From assembly GCA_008632985.1 (NCBI GenBank), contig QPGO01000175.1, forward strand, positions 62,001-126,000: 64,000 bases of DNA, given 5' to 3'. A program made the translations under genes and the position numbers. Of this stretch, positions 11,565 to 23,240 are shown piece after piece. The stretch comes from Psammoneis japonica. Lineage: Eukaryota. The notes beneath the pieces are model-generated. The model saw nothing but the letters and a program-made list of their open reading frames with translations. It was not told the DNA's origin and searched no databases. Every line of letters begins with the position of its first letter. Within the stretch, counting starts at the first letter, position 1.

Positions 11565-14500
11565 TCAATCGATAACAATTGGATCATCCGCTGAACTTCC
11601 GATGTCAAATAGGCTTTTCAGATCGCCGATTCTCGCCTGCCGAACTTCTGCCGGGTCGAGCTTTTCCATTGCTCCTTTCCCCATGGTGGCTTTCGCTTCT
11701 TGGATTCGAACCATTTTCTCCTCTATAGTTCCTGACATGATGAACCTCAAAATACGTACGTTTCGGCGTTGACCAATTCTGTGACATCGATCAAATGCTT
11801 GGTGTTCGACAGCTTGACCGTACAAGACAGCGGCAGCATATGTCAGAATTTTTTCACATATTACGATCATGTACCTCCGATCCACTTACCCATATTCCAC
11901 CAAGTATCCATCAAAAAAAGATGCGAGCCACGCGTCAGATTTATTCCCGTTCCTGCGGCATGAAGAGAACACAGCATAAACCTAGGTCCACTGTCCTCCG
12001 AGCTGAACGATTTCATTGACTCAATCCTATCAGTTGCGTTCTTACTTCCGTCGATGCGGGTAAAGGTGTGTCCGTGTGAATGCAACCATGGCTCGATGAT
12101 ATCCAGGAACTTGGTGAACTGGCTAAATATTACGCCTTTCTCGTCGTCTTTCATTTCTTTTATAGCTTCCAACAGGGCGCGGATTTTGGGTGACGCCTCG
12201 ATCTGGTCAGAATCGGAGTCTACTAATGCAGAAACTCGAGCAGGTGGCAACATCAAGGCAGCCTTTTTCAATTCACTTTTCTTCACCATGTCCCTATCAA
12301 CAAAAGCCGTTCGGCAGAGGGGACACGACGCGTTGTTGCCTAACATCCGGAATTTTGCCAGGCAGGGTGCACAAAAGACATGGGAGCAAGTTTTAAGAAC
12401 TATCGCCTCGCTTTCCTCCATTTCAGACAAGCACATCGCACATTCGGGGATGTCATCTTCCCCGCTTTGTTCTTGAGACAAAGCATTTCCCTTGAGCTTC
12501 TCCAGCAATTCCTTTCCTTCCCCCGCAGAGAGAGCGTTGTCGCCGCTCTTTCCAATCTCATTCAGAACCTTTTCATGAAAGGGGGCGACATCATTTTGCG
12601 AGAAACAGGAGTAAATATAGGAGATTCAATTTATCAGACAAGCACCAAAGGTGTTTCACAATCTTACCGCATCGGCCCGCCGTCTTCGCTCCTCCGGAAC
12701 CAGTGTACCACTGCAGCAGGCTTGGCGTATCCGCAACAAAGTTTCAAGGACGGAAACATAGTTTTTTAGAAGTGCTGCGTCTCCGCCCTCTCTAATAGTC
12801 GCCTGAAACACCGCCCGTGATGTCAAAAAAAGGGAGTCGTGCACTTTCTTATGAAAACTGTCTGGAGGGAAGTATACCTTACATATCCGTATTTCTTTTG
12901 GTGGTAGCTTCAACTCGTTGATACCAGACTTGTTTCGACGCAATGCAATGTGCGCCATCATTGCACGGAGCCTCGCAAAACCGGTATTGTCGCCTAGCTC
13001 AATTGGTTGAGAAATCGCGCGACGAAACACATCCCGGTCACCAAAGGGTTCAACACCCAAAAAGGCAAATAGCGAATTAACTGGCGAGAAAGAAATCCAT
13101 TGATAAGGTCACTAGGGCTAGGGAATGATATGTAGCCATGATAGACAAGGCTCACTTACTGTCGTCAGGTTTGTTTTGGAGTGGCGTCCCTGTCAGACAC
13201 CAACGATGGTCTGATTGGAGAGCTTTGCATGCTTTGAACATTCGGGTGTTCATGTTCCGGATCAGATGCGCTTCATCTAGTATCAACTGGCGAGAAAGAA
13301 ATCAATTGATAAGGTCACTATGGAATGATATGTAGCCATGATAGACAAGGCTCACTTACTCGATGGAAATGAAAGTGAAACAGCGAATCTTCGACTAGAA
13401 GCGCGTCATACTTTCGTTTCGTCCCATTTGTGTTGCTCCGTTTCTTTTTCTCGTCAGGGAAGACTTTGGTGAAATCAGCCGCCAATGTATTGTACGACAC
13501 AATAAGAACATCGATCTCATTCGATTGCACTTGGGCTCGGACAGAGTCGCGATTGGTACCTGTGGGAGAGTGACAAGAGGAGAGTGATTGAGGCGACACA
13601 TCGAGAAAGACAGCAAGCCAAAAAGTAACCATCAGCATACTACGATCGAGAGCAAAACCTACCGTGATAAATGGCATATTTCAGGACATTGCTCTGGACG
13701 TGGGCGTCGATCTGGTGGACCCAGTTGCTCATTACCGACACGGGCGACACAATAAGGGTGCACACAGGCGCCGATGCTTCGTGACGTGGTTGAACGGCAA
13801 CTTGCGGATACGTCATGAGTGGATTCACGCCTTGTTGTGGGTGGAAGGCATATTGCGAATGATGCATAACTGGGATCACGCCTTGCTGTGGGTGGTATGC
13901 CATGCTGTTTTCGTTAGATACTAGCTGCATTTCTGGTTGACTATTCTCGTTACGAGGCGGCAGCGAACCCATCGCAACAGCTGCAGGCTTGGAGTCCAAA
14001 CTTTGACATTCCAGGTTGTTCTGACCCGGTGAATAAATTCGACCTCGAGGAGGATTCGCCAAGATTAAGCTAATGGCTTGTACTGTATGAAAAAGAAACA
14101 GCGCAAGCTCAGAAATCAAGTACAGAAATGAGCAGCAACGCAATCAGTATTGAAAATTTCTTGACTTACTTGTTTTGCCTAAACCCATGTCGTCTTTAGC
14201 AGAAAATGTGGAACGGATGAAACGTGAGAAATACGAGTTCTCCGGAAACAAACTTTCGACAAGCAAGACACCGAGAAATTGAGCCTCACCTGCTAATATC
14301 CCACCCTTTACTTGTCTTGGTTCATGAAACTGGGAGCAATGGGTGACTTCGCATAACCAAACCTCTTGACCGTGTTCCATAACTTTTTGGTAAAATGGGA
14401 CGGCAATATTACCAGTTTCTCTATGAACCATCCATTTAATTCCAGCAATTTGGTGGTCAAACAGCCGCACCTGGTACAACTGGGTAGGCATCTCAATGTC

Positions 14501-16248
14501 AGGCAGATTTGCAAGCTGGTCGCGTGTTTGCTTTTCAAACATATCGTCCAAATGCTGTTGATGAGTCTGCCACTCAGGAGCCGCCTCGGTTTCCATAGAA
14601 GGCGCCGTCAAATCGATCACTTCTGCCACACGCTGCACCGGTTGCATCTGGGGCGGAAACGTGCTCGGATGACGAGCAAAGCCTACTGAACCCAAGATGT
14701 TGCCCAAAATAGTAGCAACGCGGGAAACGGCATTGTGACTTGGGGCATTGCGTGCATAGAGGGCAATCAAGACAGACAGACGGTCATTGGCGACTTGTGT
14801 CGCCGTGTCACTCTCTACAATTGTACCATCTACCTTGACACCTGTCCTGCCCTGATCCATTACGACTGCAAGTGGAGCAGCTTGCGCAGTCATAATGTGA
14901 CCGACTTGCTCATTGCGCAAGTTATCTACACGAATTGCATTTTTATCAAGCTCATTGTCTGGCTCTCGAATAAGATTTACGAATTCCCCTGGATGGGCTG
15001 TTCCATCGTAGTTTTGAATGCCTACAGAAACGAAGAAACGCGGTTGAGTTGAGACCATAAGCGTGCGCCGCAAACAAGATGCCAAGAAACCGCTCACTTA
15101 CCAACCACGGAAAACAGACAAGAGCCTAGAAAAGTAAGGACTTCTTCTGGTTCTGCATCCACGTCAATGACCTCTGGTTCCGATTCTCTTGAAGTGGGAA
15201 CTGAAGCAGCAGCAGCCGTAACTGCGGGAGGCGCAACGGATGAAGATGGCAAACCCACCACAGCTGCCTTTGGTGCTGCGGCTGGTAAAGTCGTTGCTAC
15301 AGAAGAAGGCACTCCCTGCGGAGGGTCCGTAATGATACAAATGTCATCGTCATCTGAGTCTTGTTGTGTGGCTGGCGATTCATTCGTCGTCGCCTGGTCT
15401 GCAAATGTATGGTTGAACGACGAACAATTGACCGTCTGCGGCGCGGTGAACTCCATTGTTGACCGACTCGAGGTAGGCTCCAAAGTGTCAGAGGGAATCG
15501 AAGGAAATATACTGAAGGCAGGATCTTGATTGATATCCGACTCGTCTTGTGTTACAGCTGCAGCAGAGCACTGAGCTGTATCTGAATCAGGGATCTCACC
15601 CATCTTATCATCACGGGAAGACAGCGCTTGGGCATATTCCTTTGGAACAATGTCACCGTGGCCGTTCAGTGCTACACTATGCATCACTGCCTGAGATAAG
15701 GATTCTTCTCGTTCTTCGAATGCTGCTACCGTAGTTTGTTCCGGACCATTTTGGGCTAACGCAGTTGGCTTTCCGTCGGACTGTGGAAGTACCGCTTTAT
15801 TCGTCTCACTCGCTACGTTCGACCCCTCGTCGCGCTGCTTAGAGGAATAAGACAGAGATTCGTTGACTATTCCCAGAGGAACACGAGGAGATGATGGATG
15901 CAGGCCAACACCTCTATCGCCGGAACGTTCCATAGAATAAAATTCAGTTGCGTCGGCGTCGGTCGCCGAGACTTGGAGACTTCCTTCTGGAGAAGACATA
16001 AGGTCAACAGGCGCATTCCTAGCTGGAGGAGATAGTAGCTCGATCGGTTCCCTGCTCCGTGCTATACTCGATCTAACACTTTCGTCAATTGAAACACCGC
16101 GCTCTGCCGATGCTGTTGCTGCGGCATGCACTTCTCCCTGTGCCGCGCCTTCTGCATTTGGTGATGGTTCCTCTCCGGGCGCGCTGAGTTCTTCCTGGCT
16201 GACCGCCCTTGCCTCATATTGTGCTGTATCAGTCTGTTGATGATTCAT
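11565..16248 (-). CDS. RAD5/HLTF-like SNF2 helicase with HIRAN and RING domains, multi-exon
   Basis: HIRAN (LIREPDNELDKNAIRVDNLRNEQVGHI), GGILA/DDMGLGKT, spliced RLILDEAHLIRN, WCLTGTPLQN, LLRIRQACC, RING (CAMC...CSHVFCAPC...CPLCR), KGVIFSQFT, GTGINLTRG and QAFDRCHRIGQ. Confidence 0.92.
13081..13159 (-). other. Spliceosomal intron (79 nt), near-identical to the intron at 13287-13359
   Basis: GTAAGT...CGCCAG. Removal gives in-frame NKPDD-I-NSLFAFLGVEP (phase 1). Confidence 0.9.
13287..13359 (-). other. Spliceosomal intron (73 nt), near-identical to the intron at 13081-13159
   Basis: GTAAGT...CGCCAG. Removal gives in-frame HFHR-LILDEAH (phase 0). Confidence 0.9.
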
Positions 16249-16481
16249 CGTGTTTGACAAACTATTCTCTGGTAGTCAGCAGCGCGCAGCGGCGGCCCAT
16301 AGAGCCATTGTCTCTCCTTCGGTGTTTCGAGGCTTTTCAGAGCTCGTCTGTCCCGGTCAGTTCATAGCTCGTGGGATCAATCGCGCGATGATTCATTCGG
16401 GGGCGCAGAGTGGCTTCGCATCTATCGCTCGTGGCATTTTTGGCGGGTGTCACAAAAAAGCAAACGCAGCAAACCCATATC

Positions 16482-16865
16482 ATGTCGACCCAGGAAGAAG
16501 AAGAAGCCGCTGCCGTTGAGGCGAAGCGTGAAATGCTCAATGTGTTTAAATCTGAGCTTTTAGCAAAGGTAGATGAGCATGAGGAAGAATTGCACAAGAT
16601 GGAAGAAGAGCAGGCACAGCTGGCCGTGTTCAAGAAGGAGCTCATGGATAAGGTTGATGAACACACGAAAGAGCACGCGCGAATGGAGGCAGAACAAGCA
16701 CAGCTCGCTGTCTTTAAGAAGGAGCTCTTGGAAAAGGTAGATGAGCATTTGGACGAAATAAAACGTGCCGAGGATAAGGCTGCGCTGGTAGCACAGATGA
16801 AGAATAGTTTGGTTATGCATCTCGACACGCATGCCCGAAACGTTGGGCTGAGGGCTGATATTTAA
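16482..16865 (+). CDS. Small coiled-coil protein with 28-aa tandem repeats
   Basis: FK.EL..KVDEH.........EQAQLAV repeated ~3 times (84-bp period). The third repeat diverges at its end. Confidence 0.7.
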   Translation: MSTQEEEEAAAVEAKREMLNVFKSELLAKVDEHEEELHKMEEEQAQLAVFKKELMDKVDEHTKEHARMEAEQAQLAVFKKELLEKVDEHLDEIKRAEDKAALVAQMKNSLVMHLDTHARNVGLRADI

Positions 16866-17469
16866 GAGTCCGAGAATGAGACGCAGTTTTGATGGACATG
16901 GCGTTGTTGCCTTGTAGCGCTTGTGTGATTGGTTTGTGTTAAACTGGTCTGTTACTTTGCTCCTCTGGTGTTGAAGGAAGAACCAGGAAGAAAGATTCGT
17001 GGGGTTCGTGTGCTTTCTCGATGACGGCTTCGTCTTCCCCGCGGGACGTGTCGTAAGTTAGCTTATAAACTTAGTACTGTTCTCTTGCGTGGTTTCGATG
17101 TTCTAAAACCAGCCAATTGCGCAGGTGCGAAAAAACCTTTTCAGTTCTGCGCCCTGCTACTCGAGGAAATCGGTATATACAGGAACCCTTTTCCCAACTC
17201 TTGCTCGTTAATGTACACGAGAACAGCCACGGACTCTGATGTCCATATCGATACCACATATCGCGGACTGCAGTTTTTTTTAATACCTTCACTAGTAGAA
17301 AGTAGTTTTAGCTCTTGGAAAACTATACCAAAATTGAAAAGTGATCTAATGCACGGAAGAAGTACAGGACAACCAACAAGCTTACTTTATGCACTACACT
17401 ATGGTGCGAAAAACGAATCGGTATCATATCAGAAGAAATTTAAGGATTTATTGACACTGACGACCCCTT

Positions 17470-18903
17470 TCACTTGAAAAAGTGATGTCGGATATCAGTC
17501 TTTGGTTTCAGTAGGTTGTTGTTTATCGCTAATGGTTTGACCACCTTTGTCTTTTTTCGCGAGAAGTTCTTGTTATTCTCATGATCCCTCTCGTTGTATG
17601 CGCGGCCCCTTTTCTTGGAAAGGACGAGTGACAAGAAAGGCTTGTGCGATGCAATATCACGAGCTGCATTTACCTTTCGTGAGTTCTTTTTTTCGGCGGC
17701 CCGGGACATGCGATCCGAATGCGCCGACCTTTTGCCTGTATATGACGGTGGAGCAGGCTCAGGAACCCCCTCTTCCTGCCTGCTTGTTGTTGATGCTGCT
17801 TCTTGAGCGTCGCTGACTTGTCGCAAAATGGAACTCATCTGCTTCTTCGACTTTGGCTTTTCTCGAGAGGATAGTTGTTCCTCCATATCAAACTTATCCC
17901 GCACTACCGGTAGGTTCTGCGGCGACCTTTCTCGTTTTTTCTTGTGAAAAACGACTTGCTTCAGTCTCGAGACTTGATCCTTAAGCTCTTTATTCTCCAT
18001 GACAAGTTTTGGATTCTCTTCCAAGAGACGCTTAACTTCTGACATGTTTCGAGCATTCGACCGTTCCAACTCCTCTCGATGACTTGACTGAATGTCGTCA
18101 AGCTCTCTACGTGTTTGGTCCAGCTCACGTTCTGTGTTAAGAAGCAAATCATTCGCTACCTGAAGTTCACGTTTTGTTGCTGCCATCTCGACGCGAAGGT
18201 CGTTGCGTTCCAAGACCCACTTAGACTTGTCTCCCTCCAGCTTCTTCGCTTGGTCTCGTTGCTCTTCGAGTTCCTCTTTGAAAGACTCGTGTTTCTCTAG
18301 AATTTTCCGGTGATTATCTAGCAGTTGCTTCTGCTTGGACTGAAGTTGCTTGAACCGTCTCTTGTATCGCTTGGACTTGCGACGGTACTTGTTTTCGTCG
18401 TCCTGCTCTGCCTCCTTTCTTCTTTTCCGTACTTTTGTCGGTGAATCCTTCTCCAGAGCCTCCACATCATCCTTGAAATCTTCTGGTGAAGTTTGAGGAG
18501 TCGGTTCGTCGTCATCCAATATCTCAATGATATCCTGCTCAGGATTTTCTTCGCTTTTGTCGTTACCTGTACGCTCCTCAGCTGAAGAATCAATGTTGTC
18601 CGAGACGGCCGCTGAAACGAGATCTTCTTCTTCTTCGTCGCCCATGTCACTCTCTTCGTCACTACTCGAATCTTCGTCGTCTTCTGGCACCGCAGATAGA
18701 TCAATAAAGAGCTTTACGAAACATTTAGATGGCTCGTTACACATGGGGCATTTTGCGTTTCGTCCCCCAGAAGTGTTGTGAGCTTCCCACTGTCGAAAAC
18801 AGTCATGATGAAGACAGTGACCGCAAGGGACAATAGCGCCAATTCCACCGCCTTGACCCTCCGTCAAGGACTCCATACAGATACAGCAGGTTGAATCAGA
18901 CAT
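17470..18903 (-). CDS. N-terminal RING E3 ligase with long coiled coil (TRAIP-like architecture)
   Basis: RING CCIC...CGHCLHHDC...W...CPMC followed by KLFIDL, an acidic region, a coiled coil and a basic C-terminus ending TDIRHHFFK (PIP-box-like). Confidence 0.75.
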   Translation of the reverse strand: MSDSTCCICMESLTEGQGGGIGAIVPCGHCLHHDCFRQWEAHNTSGGRNAKCPMCNEPSKCFVKLFIDLSAVPEDDEDSSSDEESDMGDEEEEDLVSAAVSDNIDSSAEERTGNDKSEENPEQDIIEILDDDEPTPQTSPEDFKDDVEALEKDSPTKVRKRRKEAEQDDENKYRRKSKRYKRRFKQLQSKQKQLLDNHRKILEKHESFKEELEEQRDQAKKLEGDKSKWVLERNDLRVEMAATKRELQVANDLLLNTERELDQTRRELDDIQSSHREELERSNARNMSEVKRLLEENPKLVMENKELKDQVSRLKQVVFHKKKRERSPQNLPVVRDKFDMEEQLSSREKPKSKKQMSSILRQVSDAQEAASTTSRQEEGVPEPAPPSYTGKRSAHSDRMSRAAEKKNSRKVNAARDIASHKPFLSLVLSKKRGRAYNERDHENNKNFSRKKTKVVKPLAINNNLLKPKTDIRHHFFK

Positions 18904-18999
18904 GATGAAATGAGACTTATGGAATCATTAATGCAAAGCCGGTGCACCAGCGGCATCAACAGAAAATGAGAAATGCGCAGCGCCCAAAATTTGAACTCC

Positions 19000-21900
19000 C
19001 TCGCGATGATGACGTCGGCATCGCTCTGTCCTTTTTTCACATCATGCACCCTGCTTCTCATTTTGCTAATTGCTGGCCCTCCGGCACCTTCCCTGATTGT
19101 CTTGACCCTTCTTCCTTGCCAACCCCCATTGTTGCCAAACCCTGGACTCAGCACTGTGCACCTTTGTCATCCCCGGCAACCTGCTGCAATTCCTCCTTCA
19201 AAGAAAATGCCGGCAGCACCCTTGCTGGTTTCACCCCTTCACTCTGTGGCTCCTCCCGCTGCAAGTGTGAAAATTTTCTTTCTCGCCTTCACACCTTTCT
19301 TGTTGGGAAAATCTCTGGCATCTGGCATCACCTTCAAACCCATCCTTCAGCCTCCTGGGACTGCTCACCCCCACCTGCTGTCTCTCAACCTTGCTGGCAA
19401 CAGGCACACCGTGCCTTGCCCCTCTCCACGTGCTCTGCATCTCTTCATCATCTGATGCCATGTGGGGTGCCCTTCTCTTTGCACTGTCAACCCTCTTTCT
19501 GCTCCTCCTAAATCCTTCCAACTCTTTGAGGCTCTGTTGCTTGTTGCTGCTGTTCTGCCAACCCATGCCAAGTCTGGCCTTCCCCCATTCTTGCCCCCCC
19601 CCCCCCCCTGCTGCCTCTCCCCTCTCCCACCTTCACCCCACGGCTGCGCCAACCCAACTTTTGTGATGAAGCCTTCTCTGCTTCAGACAGCTCTGTTGCT
19701 CACCCTCCACACCCTTTTTTGCCTGGGCCTGTTGCTGTTCTTCTCAAGGAGGAGAATGTGCTGATGAAGACAGCCCCTGTGCTCAGCCTGCTCCTCCGCC
19801 AATCTGACCTCGGCTCTCCCAGCAGCTGCCGTCATGCCTGGCTGAGTGCCTTCCCAAAGTTCTCAAGCTGAGACCTCCTCAATTTCATCCTCCCATCATC
19901 TCTTCAGCTTCCTGTGTCACCAGCTCCTTGTCTTGCTGAAATGATGACCCTTCCCATCTCTCACTCTCCTGCTGATGCCACAGGTGTCTTTGCTGGTTCT
20001 GCCAATCTCTGCCTGCCTTCTTTTTGGTCTCTTGTCCTCTTGCTTGTTTTCAGTGGCTCTGCAACCCTGCCATCCATCCTCTCCTGGCCTTTGACTGCTT
20101 TTTGTCACTCATCACTCTGTTGTGCGCAAGGAACCTGCTGAGACCTTGACAAGCTCCATCCTGTTGGCACTGGCATGGCCCTCAAGCTGATTGCTGCTGG
20201 TGCTCTGTTGTCATGGCCCTCCTTTTCAGCTCTGAGCTCACCAAGTGTCTTCTCCCTGATGTGGACAACTTGGCACTGGTGGAATCAAGCTGAGATTCAG
20301 TGGCACCTCTGCTTGGCCTCTCCTGCACAGGCTCTCCCCTTTTTCTGACCTTGTCAACATGTTTGTCAGAGCATTGCACAATGCTTGCCATCATCTTCTT
20401 GCCTCCATTGCTGCCTTCTGCTTGCTCCCTCCATTCATTGACATGGTCATTCACCTGAACTTCAACAAATGCTGGTGCTGCAGCCCTGGCTCCTCTTGGA
20501 GCATTCCTTCACCCAGTGTGAAGGATGCCCAAGGCTGTCCCCTTGGTCCCATCCTCCTTCACTCCATGAATTGCAAACTTCTCCATCACCTCCCACCCCA
20601 CTCTCCTGCCTCCATTGGCCCCTGCATCAATGACACACATTCATCTGTCCTCTGGTTCCTCTGTCCTCTGGTTCCTCTGGCACTTTGAAGCTCTTGGTGC
20701 TGTCCCATGGTGCACCAAGCTCAATCTCCACAAAACTCAGCTCCCACCCTGCAACCCTGCCAAGCTTGCTGCTTCCAACGCACCACCTTCCTTGGCCAGT
20801 CTGATGGCTCTTGCAAGCCTTTGCCACTCTTTCCTCTCTGACATGTCCTCCACTCTCTCCTCCAAAGTTGAGAAGCTCCCCACCTGCCTTCATGACAAAC
20901 AAACTCAAGCCCGCCTTTTGGACATTGTTCCATCTCTTCTTCTGGTGCCCACCTCCTCCTTGTTGCTCTCTGACTTTTGACTTTTGCCACAACTTTGATC
21001 TCAGCAACCCTCCCAACCCCCTTTCATTGGACCTCCTGTTTTCAAGATGCCCTCCTTGTCATCATCCATTGCTCCCTTCCCCTTGTCACCTGCTGTGCAT
21101 TCCCTTGCCATTGCTTTTTTCCCACAAGCCTCCCTTGGTGGCTTGGCTCTTTGACCCTCCTGCCATTTCCATCTCTTCCTTCCTGCTTGTGGCCCTTCTT
21201 CTGTTTCACCATCTCTGCTGCCCACAAAGCTCAGCCATCACCTGGCAATTCCATTGCTCACCCCTGGTGCCTCAAGGTCTCCCTTTCCTCTTGGAACACT
21301 CCCCACTCACATCTCTGCCTTTGTGGCAACTTTTGCTGCTTTGCCTGCACCCTGGACCCTGACTCTGCATCCTCCACCACTTCCCTGTCCTCGCTGCCTC
21401 TGGTCTGGGATCCAGCCTGCACCCACACCATCTCTGTTGTGCTCATCACAGGTGCATTGCTGCTTCCACCCTTGCTGGTGCTCCCCCTCTGATGTCCAAT
21501 CTTCTTTTTCCTCCCATCTGCTGCACCACCCTTCCTTCTGCTTTGTTCACTCTTGCTTCCTGCCCCTGTGGTTGTGCCATCCTGGATGCCTGCAGGGATC
21601 ACTTCTTCTTGCAGAAATGTTGCAGCCACATGCCCAAGCTCTGTCCAGCAGCCTTTGCAACACCATCTTTGTCATTTCTCAAATCTTGGGGCCTCTTGTT
21701 GCCAAGCTGTGTCACTCACCAGCTGATGTCCATCTCAAGCTCCATGTGAATCGTTTGTCCTCTCCCATCCCCTCCTTTGCTCAGCTGATGTCAGCATTTC
21801 CATTCATCCTTCTGCCTCTCTCTTTGCCTCTTCTTGTTGCTGTCACACTGCTGGGCTGTTGACAGGTCACTGCACCAGCCAAAGCTCCTTCTTGCCTGCC

Positions 21901-22435
21901 TCCCAGTCTGCCTGCCCCCTCCACTCCTGCACTGACTGAGGCACACACTGCTTGAGCTTGAGATTGAAGTTTTCTCCTTTTGCTGGTGGTTCTCTTGCCA
22001 TTGTGAACCCCTCAACAATGACAGGATCTTCTTCTTTTCTTTTGCTGTTGATTGCTTGGGTGGTCTTGGCTTCTTCTTTCACCACTTTTTCTTTGGTTCC
22101 TTGGCTCCTGCTGCTTGCTCTCAACCCAAGCCTCCCTGGCACCATCTCTCCACCCTCCACAACTTCAGTGCCTCCTGCTTTGCTTTCCTCCATGCCCTCA
22201 CAGTTTTCCTGTGCCTGTGCCCCTTCTTCCTTCTGCTGACTTAGCCTGATGCTGGAACCAACTTGCCAGCAAACACTTCAGCAGCATGCGCCATGCAATC
22301 CTCTTCTCCTTCTCAACAGGCTGCCCAAACATTGAGCTGCAACATTTCACATCTCATCCTCTCTCTGCTCATGCCTTTTGGCTCTTTTCTGCCCTTTGCA
22401 CAGACTCCTCCCCCACTCCATCTGCCAAATGCCAC
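19000..22435 (+). mobile_element. Degenerate CRE-like (RLE-type) non-LTR retrotransposon, copy 1
   Basis: Ordered remnants: KLHPVGTG (RPIG, ~20150), DLVNMF (~20347), QGCPLGP (20530-20550), CIND for YIDD (20623-20634), KLNLHKT, Zn knuckle CPCGCAILDACRDHFF (~21560), HPLLCSADV for RPADV (~21765), and an FAVD..GGLG RLE end (~22040). Confidence 0.85.
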
Positions 22436-22440
22436 TGTGT

Positions 22441-23240
22441 AACCTGGAAACCAGCACTTCAAAGTTCTGCCACATGTGCCCGCTTCTTGCCAACACCTGT
22501 GCGGCAAGACAACAACTCTGTCTCTGTGCACAGCAAGAAGGCAAGAGCAGGGTGAGTGGAGTGAGCTTAAAAAACAGCATGACATGCAATTGCAAGAGGC
22601 AAGAGCACACCACATGCCTTGCTCTGCAATGACAAAGCTGGCAGCAGCAAGCAGAGCACCCATGGCCACTGCAACGAGTGCCAAGGTCAAAAGAGAAACA
22701 CGGCCAACATTTGGTCCACTTTGCCGCCGTCTGAGTTGATTGTCAGAGCACTTGCAAGCAAATCAAGAACAGAGCTGAGGTCAAAATCAGAGTGCTGCTC
22801 CATGGCGCAGCAAGAGTCACAAAAAATCAAAGCACAAGATTTTGCTGCTGCAGAGCAATTGACAAGAGGCCGTCTCCCCTTGTTCCAACATTTTTGAGAG
22901 ACTGAGTGCCATGTCTGCCCAGCCCCTGCAGGCAGCCTTGCATTGCTGCTGTGCTTTTTAAAATGTCCTCCTCGGTGACTCCAGCCCCAAACCACAGTCA
23001 GTGCATTGTCCCATGCTTTGAAAATCCCAGACTGTTGCACAACCTGGAAACCAGTGTGTCAAAGTTCCATCACACTCTCATCCGCTTCTTGTCCACACAG
23101 TCATGGTGAGGAAATGACAATTCTGTCTCTGTGTGTGGGAAGGCAAGAGCGAGGTGAGTGGATGAAGTGCAAAAAGAAAAAAGCGCAACATGGTGCACGA
23201 TCATGACGGAACACACACACCTCACTCTGCAACAAAGCCG
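22441..23240 (+). repeat. Diverged ~200-bp direct repeat with 600-bp period (22441-22640 and 23041-23240)
   Basis: Both start AACCTGGAAACCAG...TCAAAGTTC...CCGCTTCTTG and share GAAGGCAAGAGC..GGTGAGTGGA. Confidence 0.75.

Noticed and set aside
11565..18903. RAD5/HLTF-like and TRAIP-like RING genes near each other and near an island, as a possible mutator cluster
   Set aside because: Both are ordinary eukaryotic genes, and nothing in the sequence links them to the hypermutation.
19000..22435. Alternative genetic code or stop-codon reassignment as the explanation for missing TAA/TAG/TAY
   Set aside because: TA is missing in all frames and on both strands, the elements are frameshifted, and neighbouring genes use TAA/TAG stops and Tyr normally.
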